From the human T2T-CHM13v2.0 reference genome, Homo sapiens, in the NCBI RefSeq assembly GCF_009914755.1, contig NC_060939.1: DNA of 64,000 nucleotides, one strand, 5' to 3'. The notes beneath the pieces are model-generated. The model was not told the DNA's origin. It did no database searches and saw only the letters and a program-made list of their open reading frames with translations. Position numbers and translations under genes: made by a program. Below are positions 36,010-50,659 of this stretch, piece after piece; the stretch's first letter is position 1, and each line of letters opens with the position of its first letter.

Positions 36010-37752
36010 CTTCAAAGAGAAAGTAGAATACATTAATAACAAATGAGCAAGCAACTTCCTACAAATTCAAAATTTAACAACAGAAGAGTCAGTCCTTATA
36101 AACAGTAATTAGGTCTCTTCTCAGCATTCATAAAACATCCAAAAGGAAGAGCAATGTCAATTTTAAAATAACTGAATAATGATCAAGTTATTTAGACAAA
36201 GCCATCAAATAAGGAAAATAAACCAAATGTTACATTTCAATGTAATTAAAGCTGTTAAAACAATCAAGAGAACACAGAAGTTATACCTCAGGGTCTAAAA
36301 ATAAAGTTGGTAGTAAGAGATGTAGCTCTTCAGACAAAACAATGTGTTTTTAACTCATTTTGTTGGGGGAAAAATTGAACAAAATTATGAAGGATAATTA
36401 TTACTCTATATTTGTTTGAATAGTCTTAAAAGTTGTCTATTTCTGTCCATTTCTGGAAATTAGATCAGTATCATTAAAAGAAAAAATGTCTAAGATGAAA
36501 AAATACTTAACATTAACAAGAAAAAATCTGCACAGTTAAACTGGGGAAAATATGAGTACTTCAGTTTCCCAGTACACATGTGAGTAAACTAAAGTAATCC
36601 AAGATATGTAATCCATTTTAGTTTACTTTGTATCTTTTCTTACAAGAAATCTATAGAGATTTAAAAGACATAAAAAAAAAAAAAACCCTGTAGTATTTAG
36701 GGATGCACATATGGGCAACAAAACTATAAAGAAAAGTAAATAAAATCCATAAAAGTCAGGATAGGAATTATTCTTAGCAAAGAGAGTTGTGATTAAGAGG
36801 AATCTGGAGAGCTTCCAGGGTGCCTGGCAAAGTTCTATATCCTAACCAGGATAAAATTTACAAGGTGTTTGTCCTGTAACAATTCATCAAGCTGTACATT
36901 GGTTTTATGCAGTTTCTATATGTTATAGTTAACAACAAATTTAACATTTTAAATTATTTTTTGAAATCATTAAGTACATTCTGTAAAAAATCATATAAAT
37001 ATTATAATATCAAATGATATGAAACATGTTTTAATGAAACCAGTAAGTGAAATGCAAGCTAATGTTTTTAACTACTGTAAAAAATTACCTTAAAAGCCAT
37101 GGTCCTAGCCAGAACTTTTTCCCAACAAACCCACTAGGGTGATATTTATTAGAGGCTCCCACCAAAACATAGTTGTAAGAATAAATTTCATGTTTCTCAC
37201 AAAAGCAGCTAGTAAGGAATCCAAGTAAAAAATCTGAAGATGAGATATGCTCATTTGTTTCAGAAAAATTAAGTTCTCTAAAAAGTTCACTGTAAATATT
37301 TATAAATGCTTGTTAAAAGGGAAGGGGTGGGGATGGTAAAATCTGAACTGTCCAGCAGTATTAATTCAGTATCCTTCCTCCCTACCTGATTTGAGGTTTA
37401 CATTTGTACTATTAACCAAATCAGAAGTAGATATACTATAATAATAATACAAATATTAGTGAACTGAAGTTGGTTTCTTAAAGATTAACATAAGAGGCAA
37501 AAATATCTTCAAACTCTAATGATACAAGCTAGTAATTTTCACTCTGTGATATTCATTAGAACCCAAACTCACTTATATAGGACACAATATATCAAAACAA
37601 TAAATATTTCCCCAATTAGGAAAAAGAAAAGCCGACGTACAGCAATAATGCAAAGATAATGGAAGCTTGCTTTATACAGTTCACACATACATGCATAAGA
37701 AAAGAAACTGAAATCACAGTTTAACTGCACTAAAAATGTAATTTTTAGGATT

Positions 37753-38061
37753 TCTTTTTTTTTTCTTTCTTTTTTTTTTTTTTAGACAGGGTCTCGCTCT
37801 GTCACGGGGTGGAGGTGGAGGTGGGGTGCAGTGGTGTCATCATGGCTCATTGCAGCCTCAATCTCCTGGACTCAAGTGATCCTCCCACCTCAGCCTCCCA
37901 AGTAGTCAGGACTACAGGTGCACATCACCATACCCAGCAAACTTTTTAATGTAGAGATGGGGTTTTGCCACGTTTCCCAGGCTGGTCTTGAACTCCTGGG
38001 CTCAAGTGATCCTCCCACCTCAGCCTCCCAAAGTGCTGGGATTATAGGCATGAGCCTGGCC
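37753..38061 (-). mobile_element. AluJ
   Basis: Reverse Alu. Confidence 0.82.
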
Positions 38062-38644
38062 AGGATTTCTTTTAAAAAACAAAAAGTTCTTTACGACATA
38101 TGAGAACTCACTGAGCAGTTTCATAAATCTGAGCTAGTAGACATTCGGGGTTTTTTTCAGCAAGGTATATGGGTACATCAAATTATCAATCTTAACCATA
38201 CTAATATAATCATAAATAAATAATTTTAAAATAACACTTTTTCTGACCTCTCCCCCCAAAACATATCAACTCATAAATTACTTTGGTAGCAATACATTCA
38301 AATTCTTGCTCAGCTCAAAAGCTGCAAAAAATTTTTACACCCCACTTCATTTGTACTTCATAGAAAGTTTTATAAACTTAGGCAACCTACTGTTTAAAAG
38401 GTATTATGTATAATTCAAAACTAATGGCTGCACATATACACAGTATGTGCCTTTATTAAAGTTTGTATTGGTTTCTAAGTGCAATTCTAGTTATCAGAGT
38501 TCAACAATAAAACTCACAAACACTAAAATGATCCTTTGTTTTTAGCACACACACAAAAGAGAGAGAGAGAAGCTGCTATAGTCAACAGCTGCACAAACAG
38601 AAGATGTCACTAGTAGGAACAGACTGGCAAACTTTCTCCTATAG

Positions 38645-39080
<436 letters not shown>

Positions 39081-40561
39081 GATCCCAAACTATTCTTAAA
39101 AGTCCACATAATAAAGCCCATAACATTAACATGTTAAATAAATAACAAATTCTGGCAGTGTTTTAATTATATTATTATACAAATAAAAAAAAAAGCCTTG
39201 CATAGTGAACAACAAAATGTATGAAAAAACTAGACTAGATACATTATAGAACGTTATTCCTCAGTTTGAATTTCTGTGTTTAGTCTCTCTACTTTTGCCA
39301 AGATCTATTTTTTAGGAATAAGAACTTTCATAGCAGAGAGTTGTCTTCATAAAGGAAATAAATATGGAATAAATGTAAACTACACTTAACAAAGTCTAAT
39401 CATTCTTGTATTATTTGCTTCACAAAAAAGCACAACCATCTACATAGCAAAACTATCTTCATCTTTCAGAAATTATTTCAGAATTTTCCAAATTAATGAA
39501 AAAAATCATAGTCCCAGAATCATCTTTGTAAAAATATTTAAGCAGTTTCATGTTCACTTTTTATTTTGTGTACATTAAGGCAAATGTCTATAAACAAAAT
39601 GCCTTTGATGTAAATAATCTAGAAAGCTCAAGACTCTGTCAGAGTATGAAACAAAAATGTTATTTAAAAGAGTTTATTAGACAAATGTATTCAGATCATT
39701 GAGAGCCTATATAATTCAACAAACGTGCATTTAGCATACATTCCGGAAAGAGCACTGTGCTGGACTGGGTTAGGGAAAATGGGCAAACATTACCACAAAG
39801 CACACGTCGGCAGAGAATGTACACTAAATTCCTCAGACATGGAACCTCCAGATGAATGCAAATAATTTTCCCAGATTAAGCAATAAAAAACTGACACCCA
39901 CTTAAAATCAAAACTGAAGTTGGAACATAACGAGACACTCTCCCACAGTGAAACTCCAGAGTATGTACCACACACCCACAGAAAAAATATGACCATGGAA
40001 ACCCTCCATATTCTTTCTATGTTAAGGTAAAAATAGAATATCTCAAACTTTAAGATATTTTACATCTCATGGCAAAAGATAAAATAAATGTCCTCTGAAG
40101 GGAAAAATGATTAATGCTTAAGAGATAACTACTAGCTGTGCTGTTTTTTTGATTAAAATGCCAAAACAAAACACAGTACTTACACGTGTAAGTTTCACAG
40201 ACTCCAGACAATAATGAGGAAGACAAATCAAAGTATTTAACTTAGATTCTGCCCATACTGGGCAGAATGCTTTGCTACCCATACTTTTCCTTTTTAAAAA
40301 ACAGACCAAATCTAATGTTTTTTAAATCTGATGGTTACTTTTTTAAAAAACCAGCTTTCTAGATTTAATATTAGTTTCTGAATTATCCACTACTTTGTTT
40401 TTAACTTATTATTTTCTCTTTTGATTTGATGGAGTTTCCCCTCTAACTTCTTGCCTTGGATGCTTAATTTTCATTCTCCTTGTAAACTGTTTAACAATGA
40501 AGGCATTTATGACTATGCATTTGCCTCAGAGTATAGCTTCAGCCACATTCCATAGGTTTTT

Positions 40562-40886
40562 TGTTTGTTTGTTTGTTTGTTTTAGAGATGGGGTCCCACT
40601 ATGTTGTCCAGGCTGGAGTACAGTGGCTATTCACAGGTGTGATCTCACTACTGATCAGCACCAGAGTTTCTACATGCTTCATTTCTGACCTGGGCCAGTT
40701 CACCCTTCCTTAGGCAACCTGGAGTTTCCCCACTCCAGGGAGGTTATCATATTGATGCTGAACTTAGTGCAGATACCTGATCCACATAGCACACTACAGT
40801 CCAGAACACCGAGGTAGGGTCAAGCGATGCCCCTGCCTTAGCCTCCTTAGCAGCTGGGACTACAGGTGTACACCACCATGCTGGGC
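40562..40886 (-). pseudogene. Processed 7SL (SRP RNA) pseudogene
   Basis: Alu-domain ends plus central S domain (ctattcacagg..ctactgatcagcac..ttaggcaacctgg..catattgatgc.gaacttagtgc); (AAAC)n tail; TSD ccataggttttt (40550-40561 / 40888-40899). Confidence 0.9.
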
Positions 40887-40991
40887 CCCATAGGTTTTTC
40901 ATATGTGGTATTTTATTATTAACACATTTTTAATAACCTATCATACTACTTTTTATTCTTTTTTGACCTAAGAGCTTGAAAATGTCTTTTT

Positions 40992-41280
40992 GGCCAGGTG
41001 CAGTGGCTCAGCCTGTAATCCCAGCACTTTGGGAGGCCGACGTGGGTGGATCACCTGAGGTCAGAAGTTCGAGACCAGCCTGGACAACATGGTGAAACCC
41101 CATCTCTACTAAAAATACAAAAATTAGCTGGGTGTGGTGGTGCACACCTGTAATCCCAGCTTCAGGAGGCTGAGGCAGGAGAACTGCTTGAACTGGGAAG
41201 GCGAGGTTGTAGTGAGCTGAGACAGTACCATTGCACTCCAGCCTGGGTGACAGAGTGAGACTCCGTCTCAAAAAGAAAAA
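40992..41280 (+). mobile_element. AluS
   Basis: Full Alu, TSD gaaaatgtcttttt. Confidence 0.9.
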
Positions 41281-44200
41281 ACAGAAAATGTCTTTTTAAA
41301 TTTCCAAATGCTATTTTCCCTAAATGTATATATTAATACTTTTTTATTATGAACATATTATTTTTTAAATCTGATAAGACAGCTCATTTACTTATATCCT
41401 TACGTAAGGGCCAACTATACGTATTACTGAATAATAAACATTTAAAATAACTTATTTAGAATACATTTCATTTGGAGTACTGACATTACTTAAAGTTTAT
41501 AAATTATTTAAAGGAAACAATGAAAAGCTAGACAATTTTCTATCCTGATTGGTAAAAAGCATGTTGCATGAAATCATACGTATTCATTAGTTTTTCCAAA
41601 AATTAAAGACATTAATAACTAGTAATCTTATAAATTCTTTTAAAAGAACTAATGCTAATGTACTAAAAATTAAGCCAACATTTAAATTATTTGTGATAAC
41701 AGAAAAGAGACTGTTAACCTCAAGTGTTCTGTCACTTCTAAGCCCATTGTTTACTTTAAAAAATCTCAATAAATTTCCTAAAAATAGAACCAGTAAGCCT
41801 TTATAAACAAAATGAACTCCATGATTTATCCTTCACATCTCAAAATGCAAGTTTTTTTTTTTTTTTTTTCAGGGGAAAAAATGCATTATATACCAAGCAA
41901 CACATATTCTTAGAATATTTAACTCTGGCAGTTAAAATTAAGCTAGCTATTTTGATTAAATACAGAGAATACTCTATAAAAAGTGCTGAAAGAGGATACT
42001 CCTAAGATTTTCTTCTAGTTATAACATTCTTTCAAATAATCATTATTGCAATTAAGATTATCCATCTAGCACTGTATTCCCAGTAAGTTACTTTTTACAA
42101 TCTTGATCAGCACACATACAATTTACCTTTTCTATAAAAAGATTTTATATATTAAAAAAAGGTAATTCACAAGAACAAGAACATGAATGCCTTCAGGCAA
42201 AAAAAAAGTGTTTTTTTTTTAAAGTTACACTTGTAAAGTACACAAGGATTTAATTAGGTTAAGATAAAATGCAGAAAGTCTATATTAAGTACTACTTTTT
42301 AAAAACCAAACTTCTATGAATTGCTAACTACCACAATACTATAATGAGTAAGTTTTAATGCTGTAGGCATCTAGAGAAATTCTGAGTATGTCAACACTGG
42401 TCTAAAGGGAAAAAAACATTCTGTGAGGAAAAATGGAAATTGACACATATTACATATACTTTTCAATGACGTCAATCTACCTAAATTCACTTCAATAGTA
42501 GAAATACAAAAGTATAATCCAAATAACCTGGAAAAGCCATTACATGACTCTATGGCATAAAGAATCAAGAATTCCACAAAATTGAGAAATCTCAGTTCCC
42601 AATCTACTATTAAGTTAATGGTTCTTAGCCGTCCTTTGAGAATACGATGAAAATAATGGATTCTTGCCCTAGAAAAAGGCATATAAAGAAGCATACTCCT
42701 TCTAGGTCATTCATGGACCCCTGAATTAACTGCCTATCGCATAAATGAGGTGAAGACATCACTTTTCTATATATATTTTCTGAGTGTATAGGGAAGTGGA
42801 GGATTTTCAAATTATTCTTTCATTTAGGGTTAGGCTGGGGAAGAGGCAAGAAGTACTGGAAGAAAAAAAAGTCAACAGAAAACCTTCTTCCATGTTTTTT
42901 TCCTAGTTCTTAAATTTCTACAAGGTTTTAATAGGTCGTGGACTTTGGAAAGATGTGGAAAGGGGAAAAGGCTCTCTAGTTTAAATAATTTGCTCACAGC
43001 ACTTGCTGCTAGGATAATCACAAACAGCTATGCTAAAAATTACCATCTAAATAGTTAATTATATTTCCTCTAGGATGAAAGGAACTCTAAGTATACATAA
43101 GGTAGCATTACTGGTTTTAGTCCTGGCATCCTAGTGAAGGAACAAAATGTTGAACCCTTTCATTAGTAACACACATACAAGGAAATGATTCAAGGAAAAT
43201 TCGTATTCATTTGTCAGGCTTTGAAATCTCAGGTATTTATGATAGATACCTTCAAAAATGTTTTTAAATTAAACTAGATACAGGCTGTATACAGAATACT
43301 TCTGGGTCACATAAATGCCTAAGTGTATTTGCCAAGAGACTCTGTATCAATTTCTCTTTGGTAATTCCATGTATTGTTTTATAAAACTCATTTGTGTCTT
43401 CAGAGTTACATTCACATAAAGCTTTTTTTAAAAAAAAAAAGTCTTCTGTAAAAACAAGTATACACAACTAGGAAGCTGTGCTTTGCCTGCTAAGAGTCCG
43501 ATTTCAAAATACAAACCGGCTTCAACTACATATAGACACATACAGGAATTTGGGAAATCTTATCTCATTAATTCAGGTGCTAATTATCCAACTGTAAAAT
43601 TAATAGGCAGAAATTACTAGCCTCTCTTCTTCCGTCATCTAGTCATCAATGGGCAAGGCCTTCGAAGAAGGGAATAGAGAGTGAATAAACTTGGACTTCA
43701 AATTAAGTCGTTTCGCAGAGATCTTAAGAGTGGAAAATACTGGGGGGGAAACTATTGTTTTCGATTACTTTTAACACTGTTATCATCCCTGCCTGCTACC
43801 ACCTACTAGCATGCATAATCAGGAATTTGATGCAAATAAAAATAAAACAGAACACTAATAGGACTACTTTGCGAATATGAAAACGGGTTCGAAAATAAGC
43901 TTATGCTTTACACCCTTAAAATAGAGCTAGCTTTAAAAAAAAACCCACTAATTACAATTCTTTGCAAAATAACTGGATAAAAGGACAAGGGGAAATCGTA
44001 GTATCGTTTCTTAAAAGAAACACCTCCGTAAAACCACTGCAAAAACAATGCTTCGCTCCATTGAACACAGACCTAAAAGGCCCGTGACTTCCCTTCATCT
44101 GTAGTTACCACACATTCTCTTACAGTCTTTCTGGGTGAGAAGCCTTCAAACGCCTTTCCACCTTGAAAACACATTCCAGAGCTGAAGGGAATGGGGGAAG

Positions 44201-44521
44201 CGGGGAGACTACTAGAAGTTATAAGCCCTCCTCCCAGGAGAGCAGGGACAACTTGGAGCCTTCTGACCCCTTCACCAAGCAGGGGAGAAGCGGCAACGGC
44301 GAGCCCTCCGCCTGGGAAGTAATCAGGGTTGGAAAAGCCCCCAAGTCCCAGGCAGCAGCTGGAACAATGAAGGAGAGCTGGGAGCTGCCAGGCTCCCAGG
44401 TGAGGGGGTCTGCGGCCGCAGGACCGGCCCCCGGTCCCCACGTTCGGAGAACTGGGCCTGGCCTGTGAGGAAGCGGCGACCCCAACCCCCGGCTCGGCGG
44501 GCCCAGCCCAAACCCGCGTAC

Positions 44522-44545
44522 CTGCTCCGTGGGGGCTCGGTCCAT
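44522..44545 (-). CDS. SECISBP2L: SECISBP2L coding exon 1 (MDRAPTEQ)
   Basis: ATG in Kozak context GGCACCATGG at 44545; donor CAG|GTACGC; 24 nt; matches the recalled SBP2L N-terminus. Confidence 0.96.
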
Positions 44546-44572
44546 GGTGCCTGCAGCCGCAACGGGCCCGCG

Positions 44573-44611
44573 CTAGTCGGTGTAAACAGCGCCTCGGGCC
44601 GCTTTCTCCAT
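44573..44611 (-). promoter_or_regulatory. uORF in SECISBP2L 5'UTR (MEKAARGAVYTD*)
   Basis: GCCATGG Kozak at 44611, TAG at 44575-44573, start 66 nt upstream of the main ATG. Confidence 0.7.
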
Positions 44612-45499
44612 GGCCCCCCGCTCGGGTCCAGACTGGGTTCCGGACCTCCGCCCCTATCTGGCTGGCCGCGACACCGATTCGGCTACGCCACTGGCCGAGG
44701 AGGCGGCTCCAGCTCCGGGAGATGGAGGAGGCGGTGGCAGCTTCGGGGAGGGATCATCTGGGACGGAAGCCGAGGAGGGCCCGAATGGGCTGGAGGCGTA
44801 GTTAGAAATGGAGGCGCACGGAAGGAAAAGGAGTGGGGAGGAGGCAGAGAGGGGCAGTGGGCGGAGTGACAGCAAATGGCCTCAGCAAGGGTAGGAGGAA
44901 CCCGGCCTGGCCTGGAGGCTAAGGCCAGGTGGAGGCGCCCAGGAGCAGGTGCCCCGAACCACACGCCACCCCTGCGACTGTTAAACGAGAAGTGTCAGAC
45001 CACTTGGGACCCAGGTCTCCCGGGACTTCAAAGACCTCTTCAGGATCTGAAACCACCTCTTAGTGATGTTGGAAAAGCTTTCATCTGCCCACCGTACATC
45101 TGCTCCTTCCTTATGTTACGCAAATAAAGGGAGTCATGACTATAAAGGAATGAGAATATTCTGAAAATAATGGAGTCTTGCCCTAGAAAAATGCATATGT
45201 AAAACGCATACACAGAATGACTGGAAGAGGCCCGCTAGGAAGCTCCCCACAAATATTTATTGAGAGGTAATTCATTATCCAGGTTCATGCCCACTTCTAG
45301 GCTCACATCCAGGCTGACCTCGCCCATCTCAGAAATCCTAATTTTATGCAGGATCTGTATAACACCACCCAACGGGTAATTATTTTATCTTCAGATCCTT
45401 AGCTCCTTAAGGGCAGAGACTGTCTTGAAACTGGGCACTACCGTTAGCATGGCAAATTTCTTCTGGGCATCTCCTCAGACACACCCTCCAACACCCACA

Positions 45500-45791
45500 C
45501 CCTCTGTGAAGATTCAACCAACTGCGGATAGAAATATTTTGAGGAAAAAAGAAATATCAAGTACAACAATAAAATACAAGTAATACAGTTTAACAACTGC
45601 TTATACAGCATTTACATTGTATTAGGTATTATAAGTAATCTAGAGATGATTTAAAGTATATCGGAGGATATGCATGGATTGTATGCAAATACTACACCAT
45701 TTTATATAAGGATCTTTAGCACTCATGGATTTTGGTATCAGCAGGGATCCTGGAGCCAATATCCCCCCTGGGATACTTAGGGACAACTGTA
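45500..45791. mobile_element. Tigger3/MER7-type DNA transposon
   Basis: tacattgtattaggtattataagtaatctagagatgatttaaagtata core; ends gggacaactgta. Confidence 0.75.
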
Positions 45792-46025
45792 TAAGCTAAA
45801 TTACACTTAAGTGAAGGTAGAGTTGAGGTGGCTGCTGTTTGGGGCACTGGTGTGGAGATCCACAGCTAGGAATGGGAAAGAGATTTTAAGAAATTTGCTT
45901 TGTCATGCTTCAGGAGATATCAGTAAAGACTAATTGCCTTTTCAGTTAGTCTAGGTTATTAGTCTGGTTATTAGACTCCAATATGAGGCTTGTTATGTGA
46001 AGGCCCCTTGCTGTACTTATGTTGA

Positions 46026-46272
46026 TACAGGTTGGGTATCTCTAATGGAAACTATGAAATTCCAAACCCTCTTGAATCCCAAATGTTCCAAAATTAGAAA
46101 CTTTCTGAGCACAGACATGACATTTAAGGATAATGTTCGCTGGAACATTTCAGATTTTGGACTTCCAGTTTAGAGATGCTCAACCAGTAAGTATAATGCA
46201 AATCTTCCAAAATCCAAAATCTGAAACACTTATGGTTTCAAGTATGTCAAAATAAGGGACATTCAACCTGTA
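46026..46272. mobile_element. Tigger4a/MER46A-type MITE
   Basis: TIRs tacaggttg...caacctgta with TA ends. Confidence 0.75.
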
Positions 46273-48981
46273 TTATATATTGGCCTGCTGAAAGGAGCTA
46301 TATTGTGTCAGCAAGACTTATATCAAGGCTGGCAATAGAAACATCTTGAAAGGAGAAACATTTATATTTACACATTTATATTTACATTTAAATATATTTA
46401 TTTAATTTTAGTAAATTTTCTGCCACCTCAAATTTAATATCAATGCATGTGTATTTGAACTGCAAATTTATGTAACATTTGTAAATATATGTGCAATTAA
46501 CGTAATGTTAGGTCCCTGGTGCCTATCACACACCTAGCTGGGATTCAGTGAATGCTGAATGAATTTAGGGTTGGTTGCTCAGAAAAACTAAGTTATTTAT
46601 AAGGAGTAGTTATGTAAACTAACAGATGACCGTCCTCCTTCACAATTGAAAGACAAAATAACTGAATTTTCAGATTGTCTTCCTACTGGTGGTCTATAGC
46701 CATAATATACCCTCATCTGAGTAAAAAGATAATAGCAATGCACTCATAAAAATACTATAGTACTTTTGCTTTTCTTCCTTCTTCTGAGGAATGATCTGAG
46801 GAAATTTAAATATAGGATTCCCAAGGATCTTTCCACATTATAGGATTTTTATGACTGTAAAATTGTTTTCATTGAGAATCTATGTACAAGACATTCATTA
46901 AAATTATAAGAACAGAATCATAAGAATTATGAGAACAGAAATGTCACAATGCCCTTCTCATTTAATGTAATCTTTAAAAAGATGGCAATAGCTAGTAGAT
47001 AAAAAATTAAAATCTGTGAAAAAAAGTAAGACATATTAAAAATACTACACTTTACAGATGATATAAATGAATGCAAATTATTTTATTCACCAATAAATAT
47101 TTAATGTGCAAGGTACTATGCTAAATACTAGAGGTACAGCAGTTTATGAGACACCTTGAGGGCTGAGACCATGTTTGTCTTGTGGGCAAGACATGCATAG
47201 GAGAAGTCTTTATAAGTGAGATGAGTGTAATGAAAAAGGAAGTATAATAGGTGCTACCATGGTAAGGGATGGAAGGTCAGGGAAGGCTATTTGAGTAAAT
47301 AGCATCTACAAAAAGACCTGAGTAGGAGTTATGATCAGTAAAGGAGAAGAAGTAGGAAAATTGTTTCAAGAAGAGGAAATGGCACATGTTAGCATTCTGA
47401 GGAAAGAGAAAATTCAGCCTTTAGTACTCACACAAGCTCATCCCTTGGAATGAGGGTTCAGAATGTGAGGGATAATCCAATAGATGAAGGCCTCTGAGAA
47501 GCTCGGAGGGGATAGGACACAAATACCAGGGGCAAGAAAGAGGCCTTTGATGGGAGTAGGGGCATGTTATCTACTGTAACAGAAGAAAGGAAGAAAAGAT
47601 CAATATGGCTACAGATTATATACATTTATAAGTTTGGTGCCAAAAGTTGAGGGAATGCCTAATGGCTTCTGTTTTCTCAGTGATGTAGGAGGCAAGGTTA
47701 CCTGCTGACAATAAAGAGAGGTGGAGTTGTGGTGACTAGGCACTTGTCAAAATTCAGCAAACATATAGTTAAATTATGTACATGTCATTATATGTACATT
47801 TTATCTCAAAAGAAAAAACTATAACCAAATATTGAATTCTAGCTTTAACAAACGCATACACCTATGTAATTCAAATCTCTATCAAAACATAGAATGTCAC
47901 CATTACCTCCAGTGACATTGAAAACTTCTCTACTTATATCAAATGCTTGTCTTATACATTGTTGTTATTCTTACTACCTATACCAAAGCCTAGCATGCAA
48001 CAGGTGCTCCACAAATATTTATTGAATAAATGAGCTGTAATATTATATTAAATCAGGATTCTTTCATCCAGGGTTGGGGTTTTGTTAGGCATGTGCATTT
48101 TATTGAAGGAGCAGGATTCACTAGGGTGCAAGTAGAATTATTATTTATTGTCCTGTACCTTCAAATTCTCTGAAGATGATTTCTTTTTCTGCCTTGGATG
48201 AAATCTCGTGAAGGTCACACAAACTTTATTCCACGTCAAAACTTCTCCTTTTCCCCAGCTCAGTCCTGCTTCAAGCTGGAAGCCTGCAGTGAAGGACGTG
48301 GCTTGGTCCACTTCAGTTTTGTTTTCTACATTTTTTATCTCCACCTCCTGTACCTTAAATACTCAGATTAGGCTTTTAGATTTCTCTAGGTTTGGACTGT
48401 GAGGGGGAGGATGGCAGAGCTTCTCAGATGTTTAATTACTACTTTCCTGCATGTTTACATGCAGCAAAGTCATCTCAGAGCAGTCACTTATGACCCTAGC
48501 CCTCAGCCCTTGTGCTTCTGAGGGTTTAAATCTCAGCTTGATCAATTTGGGGAAGAGCAAGCCAGCCTTATTTGCTGGATTCCCTTTTAAAATGGCTTCA
48601 GGCAGAATTCCTGGGATCCCATCAATCCCTGGGATCATTTTGCTACACTTGATTTATCATGTAGCTATCCATCCCTCCGTCCCTTTATCCAGCTATTAAT
48701 TTGTCTTATTTTTGGTGCATGTCAAAGTAGATTACAGACTTCAGTACACTTTGCCCTGGGAAAAACTTATATAGCTACAGTAGGCAAAAATGCAGCTTGT
48801 TCCCACTGTTTCTCTCAGGTCCTTGTATTCTACCACACTCCAGGCAACATGTATCAAGTTCTCCAAGTGTTTCCCAGAAAGTTTCTCTCACATAGCTTGA
48901 GGTAAGGGGAAGCATCTCCTTTTGCCCATGGGAGGTGTGGGTATGTATAAGGTATACAAAACAGTACCCTTCGTGAGTCAT

Positions 48982-50220
48982 TGTATTAGTCTGTTTTCAT
49001 GCTGCTAATAAAGACATACCTGAGACTGGGCAATTTACAAAAGGAAGAGGTTTAATGGGCTTGCAGTTCCACCTGGCTGTGGAGGCCTCACAACCACAGT
49101 GGAAGGTGAAAGGCACATCTCACATGGTGGCAGACAAGAGAACAGAATGAGACCCAAGTGAACAGGGTTTCCCCTTATAAAACCATCAGCTCTCATGAGA
49201 CTTATTCACTACCGTGAGAACAGTATGAGGGAAACTGCCCTATAATTTATTTATCTCCCACTTTGTCCCTCCCACAACACAAGGGAATTATGGGAGCTAC
49301 AATTCAAGATGAGATTTGGGTGGGAACACAGCAAACCATATCATTCTGCCCCAGCCTTTCCCAAATCTCATGTCCTCACATTTCAAAACCAACTGTGCCT
49401 TCCCAACAGTCCCCCAAAGTCTTAACTCATTTCAGCATTAACTCAAAAGTCCACAGTCCAAAGTCTCATTTGAGACAAGGCAAGTCCTTTCTGCCTATGA
49501 TCCTGTAAAATCAAAAGCAAGTTAGTTACTTCCTAGATACAATGGGGGTACAGGCATTGGGTAAATATACCCATTCCAAGTGGGAGAAATTGGCCAAAAC
49601 AAAGGGGCTACAGGTCTCATGCAAGTCTGAAATCCAGCAGGGCAGTCAAATCTTGAAACTCCAAAATGATCTGCTTTGACTCCATGTCTCACATCTAGGT
49701 CACGCTGATGGAAGAAGTGGGTTCCCATGGTCTTGGGCAGCTCTTCCTCTGTGGCTTTGCAGGGTACAGCCTCCCTCTCAGCTGCTTTCATGGGCTAGTG
49801 TTGTGTCTGCAGCTTTTCCAGACACAGAGTGCAAGCTGTCAGTGGATCTACCATTCGGGGGTCTGGAGGAAGGTGGCACTCTTCTCATAGCTCCACTAGG
49901 CAGTACCCCAGTGGGGACTCTGTGTGGGGGTGCCCGCCCCACATTTCCCTTCCACACTGCCCTAGCAGAGGTTCTCCATGAGTGCCCCACCCCTGCAGCA
50001 AACTTCTGCCTGGACATCCAGGCATTTCCATACATCCTTTGAAATCTAGGCAGAGATTCCCAAACTCAATTCTTGACTCCTGTTCACCCACAGGCTCAAT
50101 ACCACATGGAAGCTGCCAAATCTTGGGGCTTACACCCTCTGAAGCCATGGCTCGAGCTGTACCTTGGTCCCTTTTAGCCATGGCTGGAGCGGCTGGGATG
50201 CAGGGCACAAAGTCCCTAGG
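48982..50220 (-). mobile_element. THE1 (MaLR) 3' LTR (48982-49343) plus truncated internal region
   Basis: tgtattagtc...accatatca LTR; polypurine tract; MaLR internal ORF remnants. Confidence 0.9.
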
Positions 50221-50659
50221 AGGAAGAAATGGATTACCTTAGATGGTTGACCACTGAAGAGGTGATATCTGATGTGAGATTTGAGAAATACAAAAAGATA
50301 GAGAAAAGACAAGCAAAGGCCTCAGGAGGGGAAACTCTTAAATTGTGGAAACAGAAAGGAGAGACCAGTGTGAATAGTGAATGGTAGGAGGGGGAGAGTA
50401 GTATGGACAATAGATAGAATGGAAGACTAGACCAGGCCAGATTTTGTACTAATTTGCAAGCCATGGTAAAGAATTTGGATTTAACTTTAAGTCAAAAAGC
50501 CATTTGGAGAATTTTAAAGAAGTGCATTGAATTCACATTTTGTCTGAATGCTGAATAGCAAAATGTTAAAATTAATACTTCTGGGATATAAAAACACATC
50601 TAAATGACTATTGAAAAACTGGATTATTATTACAATTTTATTATTAAAAGGTTTAGTAG

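Larger units (their letters stand above)
44240..45000 (-). promoter_or_regulatory. SECISBP2L: CpG-island promoter, 5'UTR and exon 1 of SECISBP2L
   Basis: Only extended GC/CpG-rich unique segment in the window; GC box GGGCGGAG near 44859; YY1-like CAAATGGC near 44873; exact TSS not determinable. Confidence 0.85.

Noticed and set aside
44073-45127. Many overlapping 60-134 aa ORFs around exon 1, including a plus-strand ORF starting at the same CCATGG palindrome
   Set aside because: Expected from stop-codon depletion in a GC-rich CpG island; no recognisable protein features
49522-50242. ORFs of 60-107 aa
   Set aside because: THE1 internal remnants
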